Shown here piece after piece: positions 37,947 through 46,412 of a DNA stretch of 64,000 bases. This stretch comes from Proteocatella sp. (GTDB lineage: Bacteria > Bacillota > Clostridia > Peptostreptococcales > Filifactoraceae), in NCBI GenBank assembly GCA_041738345.1, contig JBGSPX010000031.1, positions 62 to 64,061 of the forward strand. Direction: 5' to 3'. How positions within the stretch are numbered: position 1 is the first letter of the stretch; each line of letters begins with the position of its first letter. The notes under the pieces were generated by a model, which was not told the origin of the DNA, searched no databases, and worked only from the letters and a program-made list of their open reading frames with translations. A program made the position numbers and the translations under genes.

Positions 37947-38327
37947 ATGAAAAAGGGAGATGTAGCAATAATATTGGTAGTTTTCATGATTGCAAATATT
38001 TTTGGCTATATGGTTAGTGTAAATAAAGAAAAAACCGCTAAAACGGTAATAATAGTAAAAGATGGAGAAATTATTCATAAATATAAAATCAATGATACAT
38101 ATGAAAAGACAATAAAATTGGATTTTTCTCAGGAGCATAATGTTGTAGAGATAAAGAATGGAAAAGTAACAATGACAGAATCCAGTTGCCATGACAAAAT
38201 ATGTGTTAAAACAAAACCGATTTCAAAGAGTGGAGAAATGATTGTATGTCTACCACATAAACTATATGTGAAAATCGAAGGAGAAGAATCAAATAAAAAT
38301 AATGACATAGATATAGTGGTCAATTAA
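37947..38327 (+). CDS. NusG domain II-containing membrane-anchored protein
   Basis: An N-terminal TM helix and the motif ESSCHDKICVKTKPISKSGEMIVCLPHKLYVKI, typical of the NusG_II family. Confidence 0.7.
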   Translation: MKKGDVAIILVVFMIANIFGYMVSVNKEKTAKTVIIVKDGEIIHKYKINDTYEKTIKLDFSQEHNVVEIKNGKVTMTESSCHDKICVKTKPISKSGEMIVCLPHKLYVKIEGEESNKNNDIDIVVN

Positions 38328-38337
38328 AGGAGAAATT

Positions 38338-38850
38338 ATGGGAAGGACTAAAAAAACTGTTTTTTTAGCGCTTATGATAGCATATTCGCTAGTACTTTAT
38401 ATAATAGAGTCTATGTTACCAACACTTTACTTTATAGCTCCAGGCGCAAAGCTAGGACTTACTAATATGGTGACGTTATCTCTAATTTATATAGTTGGAG
38501 CAAAGGATGCATTTATTGTGATGACTATAAGAATTATAATGTCCTCAATATTTGGAGGAGGTATGTCTGCATTTATGTATAGTTTTTCTGGAGGGATATT
38601 TAGTCTTTTAGCAATGTATATAGTTAAGAAAATGGACTTTAAAACAGTGTCTATAATAGGCGTAAGTGTTATAGGGGCTATGTTTTTTAATATAGGTCAG
38701 CTCCTTGTAAGCGCAGCCGTAATAAAAAATATATCTATATTTGTATACCTTCCAATACTAACATATGTTTCATTAGGTACAGGGATATTAGTAGGGTATG
38801 CATCTAAATTTATGGTAGAAAGAACTAAATTTGTAAAATATTTGACATGA
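38338..38850 (+). CDS. Gx transporter family protein (heptaprenyl diphosphate synthase component I-like)
   Basis: 170 aa with 5 TM segments and the motif PGAKLGLTNMVTL. It is the usual partner of the NusG_II gene. Confidence 0.7.
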   Translation: MGRTKKTVFLALMIAYSLVLYIIESMLPTLYFIAPGAKLGLTNMVTLSLIYIVGAKDAFIVMTIRIIMSSIFGGGMSAFMYSFSGGIFSLLAMYIVKKMDFKTVSIIGVSVIGAMFFNIGQLLVSAAVIKNISIFVYLPILTYVSLGTGILVGYASKFMVERTKFVKYLT

Positions 38851-38855
38851 TTATA

Positions 38856-38905
38856 TTGACTTTATAGCGGATATAGTATTATAATTAAAACATAGTAAAT
38901 TACTA
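38856..38905 (+). promoter_or_regulatory. Candidate sigma-A promoter plus palindromic operator upstream of the Rrf2-nifS-nifU operon
   Basis: TTGACT (38856-38861), 18-nt spacer, TATAAT (38880-38885). The 13-bp palindrome TAGTAAATTACTA (38893-38905) lies at about the predicted transcription start. Confidence 0.4.
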
Positions 38906-38938
38906 GGAATTGATAATATACCAGAAGGGGATGAAATT

Positions 38939-39352
38939 TTGAAATTATCCACTAAAGGAAGATATGGGCTTAAGGCGATATATGAATTGGCATTAAAAGT
39001 TAATGATAATACACCACTGCCTATAAAAACAATAGCTGAAAAAATAGGAGTATCAGAACTTTATCTTGAACAAATTTTTTCGGTTTTGAAAAAAAGTGAA
39101 CTGGTAAAGAGTGTAAGAGGAGCTCAAGGGGGCTATCTTCTTGCAAAACAGGCTTCAGACATAACCGTTGGAGATGTTATAAGAGCCCTAGAAGGACCTG
39201 TGGCACCTGCAAGCTGTGTTTCTGGAGAGCAGAACCCATGTATGAATGCAGAAGAATGTGTTACTAAAATAGTTTGGGAAAAGATGAAGAGCAGTATGGA
39301 TGAATGTATGGATGCAATAACATTACAGGATATGCTCGACAAAAATATATAA
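38939..39352 (+). CDS. Rrf2-family transcriptional regulator (IscR/CymR-like)
   Basis: TTG start. The N-terminus is MKLSTKGRYGLKAIYELAL. Three Cys residues (CVSGEQNPCMNAEEC) are compatible with Fe-S ligation. Confidence 0.9.
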   Translation: MKLSTKGRYGLKAIYELALKVNDNTPLPIKTIAEKIGVSELYLEQIFSVLKKSELVKSVRGAQGGYLLAKQASDITVGDVIRALEGPVAPASCVSGEQNPCMNAEECVTKIVWEKMKSSMDECMDAITLQDMLDKNI

Positions 39353-39369
39353 TATAAGGAGAATACATT

Positions 39370-40560
39370 ATGGAATTTAGAAGAGTATATTTAGATAACT
39401 CAGCAACAACTCCGGTGAAAAAAGAAGTTATAGAAGCAATGCTAGATGTTTTGGAAAATAAACATGGAAATCCATCAAGTGTACATCAGTTTGGACAAGA
39501 TGCAAAACCAGTGGTAGAAAAAGCTAGACAAAGCGTAGCAAAACTACTTGGGGCAAATAGCAATGAAATTTATTTTACTGCAGGCGGTTCTGAATCAGAT
39601 AACTGGGCAATAAAAGGAACTGCATTTGCACTTAGAGATAAGGGAAATCATATAATAACTACAAATATAGAGCATCATGCAGTACTTCATACTTGTGAAT
39701 ATCTTGAGAAATTCCATGGTTTTGAGGTGACATATTTAGATGTAAAAGAAAATGGAATCATAGATTTAGAACAGTTAAAAGAAGCCATAAGACCAACGAC
39801 AATATTGATAACTGTAATGTTTGCAAATAATGAAATTGGTTCTGTACAACCTATAAAAGAAATTGGAGCAATTGCAAAAGAACATAAAATACTGTTCCAC
39901 ACAGATGCAGTGCAAGCGTTGGGGAATATAGCAATAGATGTAAATGAATTAAATATAGATATGCTTTCACTTTCGGGACATAAGATATATGCGCCTAAAG
40001 GCGTAGGGGCACTTTATATAAGAAAAGGCGTTAAACTTCACAACTTGGTTCATGGTGGAGGGCAAGAAAGAAAAATGAGAGCTGGTACAGAAAATACATC
40101 TGGAATAGCAGCTTTAGGTAAAGCTTGTGAACTAGCTTATGAAGGACTTGAAGCACATGTCCGTCATACCATGAAGTTAAGAGAAAAACTTATAAATGGA
40201 GTTTTAGAAAAAATACCTTATACTATAGTTACAGGAGATAGAAAAGAAAGACTTTCTACAATAGCAAGTTTTTGTTTTAGATTTATAGAAGGCGAAGCGC
40301 TTCTTTTAAGTTTAGATATGGTAGGTATAGCAGGCTCTAGTGGTTCAGCATGTACTTCAGGCGCACTTGACCCATCGCATGTGTTGATGGCATTAGGTCT
40401 TACTCATGAAATAGCACATGGTTCATTAAGACTTAGTCTATCAGATTTCACAACGGAAGAAGATATAGATTATGTATTAGAAAAATTACCTGAGATTGTG
40501 GATAGACTTAGAAAAATGTCTCCACTGTATGAAGATTTCTTGAAAGGAGAAAGTAAATAA
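39370..40560 (+). CDS. nifS: Cysteine desulfurase (NifS/IscS type)
   Basis: YLDNSATTP, the PLP lysine in SLSGHKIYAPKG, and the active-site loop SSGSACTSG. Confidence 0.9.
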   Translation: MEFRRVYLDNSATTPVKKEVIEAMLDVLENKHGNPSSVHQFGQDAKPVVEKARQSVAKLLGANSNEIYFTAGGSESDNWAIKGTAFALRDKGNHIITTNIEHHAVLHTCEYLEKFHGFEVTYLDVKENGIIDLEQLKEAIRPTTILITVMFANNEIGSVQPIKEIGAIAKEHKILFHTDAVQALGNIAIDVNELNIDMLSLSGHKIYAPKGVGALYIRKGVKLHNLVHGGGQERKMRAGTENTSGIAALGKACELAYEGLEAHVRHTMKLREKLINGVLEKIPYTIVTGDRKERLSTIASFCFRFIEGEALLLSLDMVGIAGSSGSACTSGALDPSHVLMALGLTHEIAHGSLRLSLSDFTTEEDIDYVLEKLPEIVDRLRKMSPLYEDFLKGESK

Positions 40561-41001
40561 ATGTATACTAAAGAAGTAATGGATCATTTTTCAAATCCTA
40601 GAAATGTAGGTGAAATCGAAAATCCAGATGGAGTAGGAGAAGTAGGAAATCCTAAATGTGGGGATATAATGAAAATATATCTTAAAATAGAAAATGATAT
40701 AATAGTAGATGTTAAGTTTAAAACTTTTGGTTGCGGTTCAGCGATTGCAAGTTCAAGTATGTCTACGGAGATGATTAAGGGTAAGACTATATTTGAAGCA
40801 CTTGCACTTACTAACAAAGAAGTAGCTAATGCACTTGGTGGACTTCCTCCTGTAAAGATGCATTGTTCAGTACTTGCAGAGCAGGCTATAAAAAAGGCTA
40901 TAAGAGATTATGCTATTCAGCATAAAATCGATATTCCTGGACTTACAGATACAGAAATAGTTGAAGATCACGATCATGGGCATGACGAAGAAGAATTTTA
41001 A
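40561..41001 (+). CDS. nifU: Fe-S cluster assembly scaffold (NifU/IscU-like)
   Basis: NPKCGD, FGCGSAIASSS and MHCSVLAEQA carry the three conserved Cys residues. Confidence 0.9.
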   Translation: MYTKEVMDHFSNPRNVGEIENPDGVGEVGNPKCGDIMKIYLKIENDIIVDVKFKTFGCGSAIASSSMSTEMIKGKTIFEALALTNKEVANALGGLPPVKMHCSVLAEQAIKKAIRDYAIQHKIDIPGLTDTEIVEDHDHGHDEEEF

Positions 41002-41057
41002 AAAAACTATTGAAAAATCAGCATATTTATTATATGATTAATAAGAATATAATAAAT

Positions 41058-41267
41058 TGCAGTGAAGAGGATGAGTAGTTTTATAATTTGCTTACAGAAA
41101 AGAGATGGTTGATGAGAATCTCTACAAAATATAAAGTGAAGCTACCTTGGAGTTTATCTGAAAAAGAGATACGTTGATTACGTTATAATCTTGAGATGTT
41201 CAGTTTGGACAAGTAAGGTGGTACCGCGAAAATTCGCCCTTATGAGGTTTTTCTCATAAGGGTTTTT
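41058..41267 (+). promoter_or_regulatory. T-box leader (Ala, GCU specifier) controlling alaS
   Basis: Stem I with AGAGA and the specifier loop GTGAA-GCT-A. The T-box sequence AAGGTGGTACCGCG is followed by the terminator CCCTTATGAG/CTCATAAGGG plus T5. Confidence 0.9.
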
Positions 41268-41299
41268 ATATATTTATATAAAATATAGGAGGAATAAAA

Positions 41300-43930
41300 A
41301 TGAAAGTAAATGAAATAAGAAAAGCATATTTGGATTTTTTTAAAATGAAAGAGCATTATATACAAGAGAGTTTTCCGCTTGTACCTATAAATGATAAGAG
41401 TTTATTACTTATAAATGCAGGGATGGCGCCTTTGAAAAATTACTTTATAGGAATAGAAACTCCACCAAGTAATAGAATGGCGAGCTGTCAAAAGTGTATA
41501 AGAACTGGTGATATAGAAAACGTAGGAAGAACTGCAAGACATGCTACATTTTTTGAAATGCTAGGCAACTTTTCTTTTGGAGATTATTTCAAAAAAGAAG
41601 CTACGGCTTGGGCATGGGAATTTGTAACAGAATATCTTAAACTCGATAAGAACTTACTTTGGGTTACAGTTTATGAGGAAGATGATGAAGCGCTTGAAAT
41701 ATGGGCAAACGAAGTAGGTGTAGATAGAAATAGAATTGTAAAGCTTGGAAAAGCAGATAATTTCTGGGAAATTGGTACAGGTACAGGCCCATGTGGACCA
41801 TGTTCAGAAATCTATATAGACAGAGGTTTAAAGTTCGGTTGCGGAAGCGAAGACTGTAAGCCAGGCTGCGATTGTGATAGATTCTTAGAGTTTTGGAATC
41901 TTGTATTTACTCAATTTGATAAGGATGAAGAAGGTAACTATAATAGACTAAAAAATCCTAATATAGATACTGGAATGGGACTTGAAAGAATAGCGTGTAT
42001 AATGCAGGGTGTAGATAGTATATTTGACATAGATACTATGAAAAATATAAGAGATGCGGTTTGTAGAATATCAGGTAAAATTTACAATGAGTCTGCAAAA
42101 ACTGATGTTTCAATAAGAATAATTACAGACCATATAAGAGCAGTTACTTTCATGATGTGTGATGGCGTACTTCCATCAAATGAAGGTAGAGGATATATTT
42201 TAAGAAGACTTTTAAGAAGAGCTGCAAGACATGGAAAACTGCTTGGAATAAACAATGAATTTCTTTGCGAACTTTGTGATATAGTAATAACACAATTCAA
42301 AGAAGCATATCCTCAGCTAGTTGAAAAACAAAGCTATATAAAGAAATTGATTCTTATAGAAGAACAAAAATTTATAGAAACTATAGACCAAGGGCTTAAT
42401 ATACTGGAATCTTTAATGATAACGCTTAATGAAAATAATAAAGATACACTGGCAGCAGAAGATGCATTTAAACTTTACGATACTTTCGGATTCCCAATAG
42501 AGATGACTGAGGAAATATTAGAAGAAAATTCTAAAAAAGTAGACAAAGCTGGGTTTGATAAGCTTATGGATGTCCAAAGAGAGATGGCAAGAACTGCAAG
42601 AAGCAATCAAGACAATGAAGGTTGGAAGAAAGATGATATAGATATTCCTTCAAATATAGAAATTGAATTTGTGGGTTATGAGAGCTTAACATCAGAAGCA
42701 AAAGCTGTTTTTGTAAAAAATGAAGAAGGCATGGAGTATATCGCTGAAGGTCAAAAAGGAATTGTTGTACTTGACAAAACGCCTTTTTATGCAGAAGGTG
42801 GAGGCCAAGTAGGCGATAAAGGACAGCTGCTTGCAAATGGCTTAGAGGCTAAAATAATAGATACTAAAAAAAGTGCAGGAAATATAATTCATATTGTTGA
42901 AGTGATTTCAGGAGAAATAAGCAAAGATGATTTAGTTACAGCAAGTGTAATGCAAGAAAAGCGAAAAAGTACACAAAGCAATCATAGTGCAACGCATCTT
43001 CTTCACAAAGCTTTAAAAACTGTATTAGGAGAGCATGTAGGCCAAGCAGGTTCATATGTAAATGAAAATAGATTGAGATTTGACTTTACTCATTTTGAAG
43101 CTCTTACGGAATCAGAAATAAAGCAAGTTTCTGATATAGTAAACGATGCTATTGCAGAAGCATATAGTGTGAAAAAAGAGTATATGACAATAGAAGAGGC
43201 TAAAAAATCTGGCGCTACAGCACAATTTGATGAGAAATATGCAGATACTGTAAGAGTTGTAAGCATGGGAGATTTTTCAAAAGAGCTTTGTGGAGGAACT
43301 CATGTAGATAATACAGCAGAAATAATGTCATTTAAAATAATTTCAGAAACGGGCGTAGCTTCTGGTACTAGAAGGATAGAAGCGATTACTGGAAGAGAAG
43401 TGATGAAATATCTTGAAGAAAAAGAATTGAAAATTAAGGCTATCACTGATATACTAAAGTGTAAAGAGATGTCTGTTATTTCAAGATTAGAGCAACTTGT
43501 AGAAGAAAATAGAGATATGAAAAAAGAAATAGAAGCCCTAAAACTTCAAATGGCATTATCAAATGTAGATAGCATACTTTCAGAATCAAAGCCTGTAAAA
43601 GGTTTGAAGCTTGTTAACAAACAAATGGATGAGATGTTACCAGAAGATTTAAGAAATATGGCAGAAGTTTTAGTAGATAAAGATCAAGATTTAGTGGTTT
43701 TACTAGCAAGTGGTTTAGATGGGAAAATAAACTATGTTTGTGCAGTAGGAAAAGCCGCTCAAGCTAAAGGAGCTCATGCAGGGAAAATTATAAAAGAAGT
43801 AGCTACAATCTCAGGAGGCGGAGGTGGCGGAAAGCCTAACTTTGCTCAAGCGGGAGGCAAGAATATAGATAAACTAGAGGAATCTGTTGAAGCGGTAGAA
43901 AATATATTAAATAATATGATAGCAGATTAG
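41300..43930 (+). CDS. alaS: Alanine--tRNA ligase
   Basis: 876 aa. Class II core (FEMLGNFSFGDYFK), the editing-domain HSATHLLH...CGGTH zinc motif, and a C-terminal DHHA1 domain with GGGGGGKP. Confidence 0.95.
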   Translation: MKVNEIRKAYLDFFKMKEHYIQESFPLVPINDKSLLLINAGMAPLKNYFIGIETPPSNRMASCQKCIRTGDIENVGRTARHATFFEMLGNFSFGDYFKKEATAWAWEFVTEYLKLDKNLLWVTVYEEDDEALEIWANEVGVDRNRIVKLGKADNFWEIGTGTGPCGPCSEIYIDRGLKFGCGSEDCKPGCDCDRFLEFWNLVFTQFDKDEEGNYNRLKNPNIDTGMGLERIACIMQGVDSIFDIDTMKNIRDAVCRISGKIYNESAKTDVSIRIITDHIRAVTFMMCDGVLPSNEGRGYILRRLLRRAARHGKLLGINNEFLCELCDIVITQFKEAYPQLVEKQSYIKKLILIEEQKFIETIDQGLNILESLMITLNENNKDTLAAEDAFKLYDTFGFPIEMTEEILEENSKKVDKAGFDKLMDVQREMARTARSNQDNEGWKKDDIDIPSNIEIEFVGYESLTSEAKAVFVKNEEGMEYIAEGQKGIVVLDKTPFYAEGGGQVGDKGQLLANGLEAKIIDTKKSAGNIIHIVEVISGEISKDDLVTASVMQEKRKSTQSNHSATHLLHKALKTVLGEHVGQAGSYVNENRLRFDFTHFEALTESEIKQVSDIVNDAIAEAYSVKKEYMTIEEAKKSGATAQFDEKYADTVRVVSMGDFSKELCGGTHVDNTAEIMSFKIISETGVASGTRRIEAITGREVMKYLEEKELKIKAITDILKCKEMSVISRLEQLVEENRDMKKEIEALKLQMALSNVDSILSESKPVKGLKLVNKQMDEMLPEDLRNMAEVLVDKDQDLVVLLASGLDGKINYVCAVGKAAQAKGAHAGKIIKEVATISGGGGGGKPNFAQAGGKNIDKLEESVEAVENILNNMIAD

Positions 43931-43942
43931 GGAGGTGTTTTT

Positions 43943-44200
43943 ATGGACAATAACATGGATTACACTATGAAGTTTGAAGCACAAAAGGATAATGAATACT
44001 CAGAAAGAGAAGTGATGGAACAGGTTTACAATGCTCTTTTAGAAAAAGGATATAACCCAGTAAATCAGCTTGTAGGATACTTTCTGTCAGGAGATCCAAG
44101 CTATATAACAAGCCATAATAATGCAAGAAGCATAATAAGAAAATTTGAAAGAGATGAGCTTTTAGAAGAAATCATAAGAGCTTATGTAGAAGATAAGTAA
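43943..44200 (+). CDS. ireB: IreB-family regulatory phosphoprotein (UPF0297)
   Basis: [49 protein letters not shown] is the conserved UPF0297 core. Confidence 0.85.
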   Translation: MDNNMDYTMKFEAQKDNEYSEREVMEQVYNALLEKGYNPVNQLVGYFLSGDPSYITSHNNARSIIRKFERDELLEEIIRAYVEDK

Positions 44201-45150
44201 TGATTTATAATGAACTTGGTAATACAGGAATTACGGTTTCAAAGCTTTGCTATGGGTCCCTTACCTTGGGACCCCTTCAAGCTAATCTAGATTTAAGTAT
44301 GGGGGCAGAACTTATTAGGCATGCGTATCTAAATGGTATAAATTTTATAGATACAGCGCAAAGTTACCAAACTTATAAATATATAAAAGAAGCCTTGAAA
44401 ACGATACCCAGAGAAAAGTTTATTATATTTACGAAGACATATGCCTATACAGAAGCACTTGCAAAAGAAGCATTTGAAGAAGCGCTCGAAGAATTAGGAA
44501 CTGATTATATAGATGGATTTTTACTTCATGAACAGGAAAGCGAACATACCTTAAGAGGGCATTATGAAGCCACTGAATATTTTTTAAAAATGAAAGAAAA
44601 AGGACATTTAAGGGCGTTTGGGATATCTACTCATAATATTGCTGGCGTAGAAGGTGCTGTAAAATCAGGGTATGTTGACGTAATTCATCCACTTTATAAT
44701 AAAGCTTCACTTGGAATTGGGGACGGAACCCATGAACAAATGTATGAAGCTATAAAAAAAGCAAAAGAAAAAGGTTTAGGAATATATTCGATGAAACCTC
44801 TAGGTGGTGGAAATCTTATAGATTCTTATGAAAATGCACTTGGATTTGTATTGGAAAAACCGCATATTGATTCAACTGCGATAGGTATGCAGTCTATAAA
44901 TGAGATAGAAGCAAATCTTCAAATGTTGAGTAAAGGATATGTAGATAGTAAAATAAAAGCAAATCTAAAAAAAACTAATAGAAAATTATTGATAAGTGAT
45001 TGGTGTATTGGTTGTGGAAATTGTGCCTCGAGATGCAATTATGGGGCTATAACTATAGTTAATAAAAGAGCTGTAGTTGATTACAGCAAATGCATATTAT
45101 GTTCTTATTGCGCAAAAGAATGTAAAGAATTTTGTATAAAGGTAATATAG
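44200..45150 (+). CDS. Aldo/keto reductase fused to a C-terminal 2x[4Fe-4S] ferredoxin domain
   Basis: AKR N-terminus LGNTGITVSKLCYGS and FIDTAQSY. The C-terminus has CIGCGNCASRC and CILCSYCAKEC. Confidence 0.85.
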   Translation: MIYNELGNTGITVSKLCYGSLTLGPLQANLDLSMGAELIRHAYLNGINFIDTAQSYQTYKYIKEALKTIPREKFIIFTKTYAYTEALAKEAFEEALEELGTDYIDGFLLHEQESEHTLRGHYEATEYFLKMKEKGHLRAFGISTHNIAGVEGAVKSGYVDVIHPLYNKASLGIGDGTHEQMYEAIKKAKEKGLGIYSMKPLGGGNLIDSYENALGFVLEKPHIDSTAIGMQSINEIEANLQMLSKGYVDSKIKANLKKTNRKLLISDWCIGCGNCASRCNYGAITIVNKRAVVDYSKCILCSYCAKECKEFCIKVI

Positions 45151-45158
45151 GTGAAAAT

Positions 45159-45569
45159 TTGAGAATATTAGCATTGGATGTTGGAAATAAACGTATAGGA
45201 GTGGCACTTAGCGATGAGCTTAATATTTTAGCTCAGCCATTATATACTATTCATAGAAAAGGTTTAGAAAGAGATATACAAGAAATTGTAAACATAATAA
45301 AAGAAAAAAACGTAGGCACTGTAATTGTGGGTCTCCCTAAAAATATGGATGGTACAGTAGGTTTTCAAGGTGAAAAAACACAGAAATTTGCAGAAATTTT
45401 AATGCAAAATATAGAAATACCTTTAATTATGTGGGATGAAAGGCTTACAACTATATCAGCTAGAAGAATAATGATTGAAAATGATGTAAAACAAAAAGAT
45501 AAAAAAAACCTAGTGGATACAGTGGCAGCGGTTGTTATATTAGAAAATTATTTAAATAGTAGAAAATAA
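45159..45569 (+). CDS. ruvX: Holliday-junction-resolvase-like nuclease RuvX (YqgF)
   Basis: MRILALDVGNKRIGVALSD is the canonical N-terminus, translated from a TTG at 45159 after AGGTGA. The ORF track's longer start (TTG 45132) overlaps the previous gene and adds non-conserved residues. Confidence 0.85.
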   Translation: MRILALDVGNKRIGVALSDELNILAQPLYTIHRKGLERDIQEIVNIIKEKNVGTVIVGLPKNMDGTVGFQGEKTQKFAEILMQNIEIPLIMWDERLTTISARRIMIENDVKQKDKKNLVDTVAAVVILENYLNSRK

Positions 45570-45581
45570 AGTGAGGATAAA

Positions 45582-45845
45582 ATGGAAAATTTTGAAGAAA
45601 TAATAACACTTGTAGATGAAAATGGTTCAGAAGTAGAATTTGAATTAGTGATGACTATAGAGGCTAATGACAATAACTATGCTATTTTAGCTCCATTAGA
45701 GCCTTCTGAGGATGAAGATGAAGATGAGGCATTCATATTCCGTGTAGAGGAAGATGAAAATGGCGAAATGGTATTAGAGCCTATAGAAGATGAAGAAGAA
45801 TATGCTATGGTCGTAGCAGTATATGAAACTTTAGTTGAAGAATAA
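45582..45845 (+). CDS. DUF1292-domain protein (YrzB-like)
   Basis: ITLVDENGSEVEFELV...YAIL.P and an acidic tail. The position after ruvX is conserved. Confidence 0.8.
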   Translation: MENFEEIITLVDENGSEVEFELVMTIEANDNNYAILAPLEPSEDEDEDEAFIFRVEEDENGEMVLEPIEDEEEYAMVVAVYETLVEE

Positions 45846-45892
45846 AATATAGTTATTGATTTAATTCACAAAAGAGAAATAGTTGGTGACCA

Positions 45893-46336
45893 ATGGATAA
45901 AGATTTAGAACTGTTGCTGGACAACATAAAAAAAAGTGGTTATAAGTTGACCCCACAAAGAAGAGAAATATTAAAAACACTTGTTGAGTCCAAAGGGAAA
46001 CATCTGAGTTGTGATGAAATTTATGAAACGGTAAGAACTGATTGTCCCGATATAGGAATAGCAACAGTTTATAGAACTTTGCAAATTTTAGAAAATACAC
46101 AAAACGTAAATAGACTAAATCTAGATGATGGATGTATACGATATGAACTTGATTTTGATGAAGAAAATCATAGTCATCATCATTTGATTTGTAAGTCATG
46201 CGGAAGTGTCTATGAAGTTAGAATAGATCTTTTAGAAAATCTTGAAAATAATATAGAAAAAAACTATGATTTTAAAATAATAGATCATGATTTAAAATTT
46301 TTTGGAATATGCAAAAAATGTAGAGAAGAAAAATAA
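45893..46336 (+). CDS. Fur-family metalloregulator (Fur/PerR/Zur; subtype undetermined)
   Basis: Winged helix (TPQRREILKTL...ATVYRTLQ), a HHHLIC motif, and CxxC pairs CKSCG / CKKC. Confidence 0.85.
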   Translation: MDKDLELLLDNIKKSGYKLTPQRREILKTLVESKGKHLSCDEIYETVRTDCPDIGIATVYRTLQILENTQNVNRLNLDDGCIRYELDFDEENHSHHHLICKSCGSVYEVRIDLLENLENNIEKNYDFKIIDHDLKFFGICKKCREEK

Positions 46337-46352
46337 ACATAAAAGGAATAAG

Positions 46353-46394
46353 TCACTAATTACCAATTATAGTTTAGGTGATTAGTGATTTTTT
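46353..46394 (+). terminator. Rho-independent terminator
   Basis: 12-bp stem with one mismatch (TCACTAATTACC / GGTGATTAGTGA) followed by T6. Confidence 0.6.
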
Positions 46395-46412
46395 AAGATA
46401 TAGGAGGAAAGA

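Noticed and set aside
45846-45892. A Fur/PerR box in front of the Fur-family gene (TTATTGATTTAATT).
   Set aside because: It is only a weak, non-palindromic resemblance to TGATAAT-N-ATTATCA or TTATAAT-N-ATTATAA, in DNA that is AT-rich anyway.
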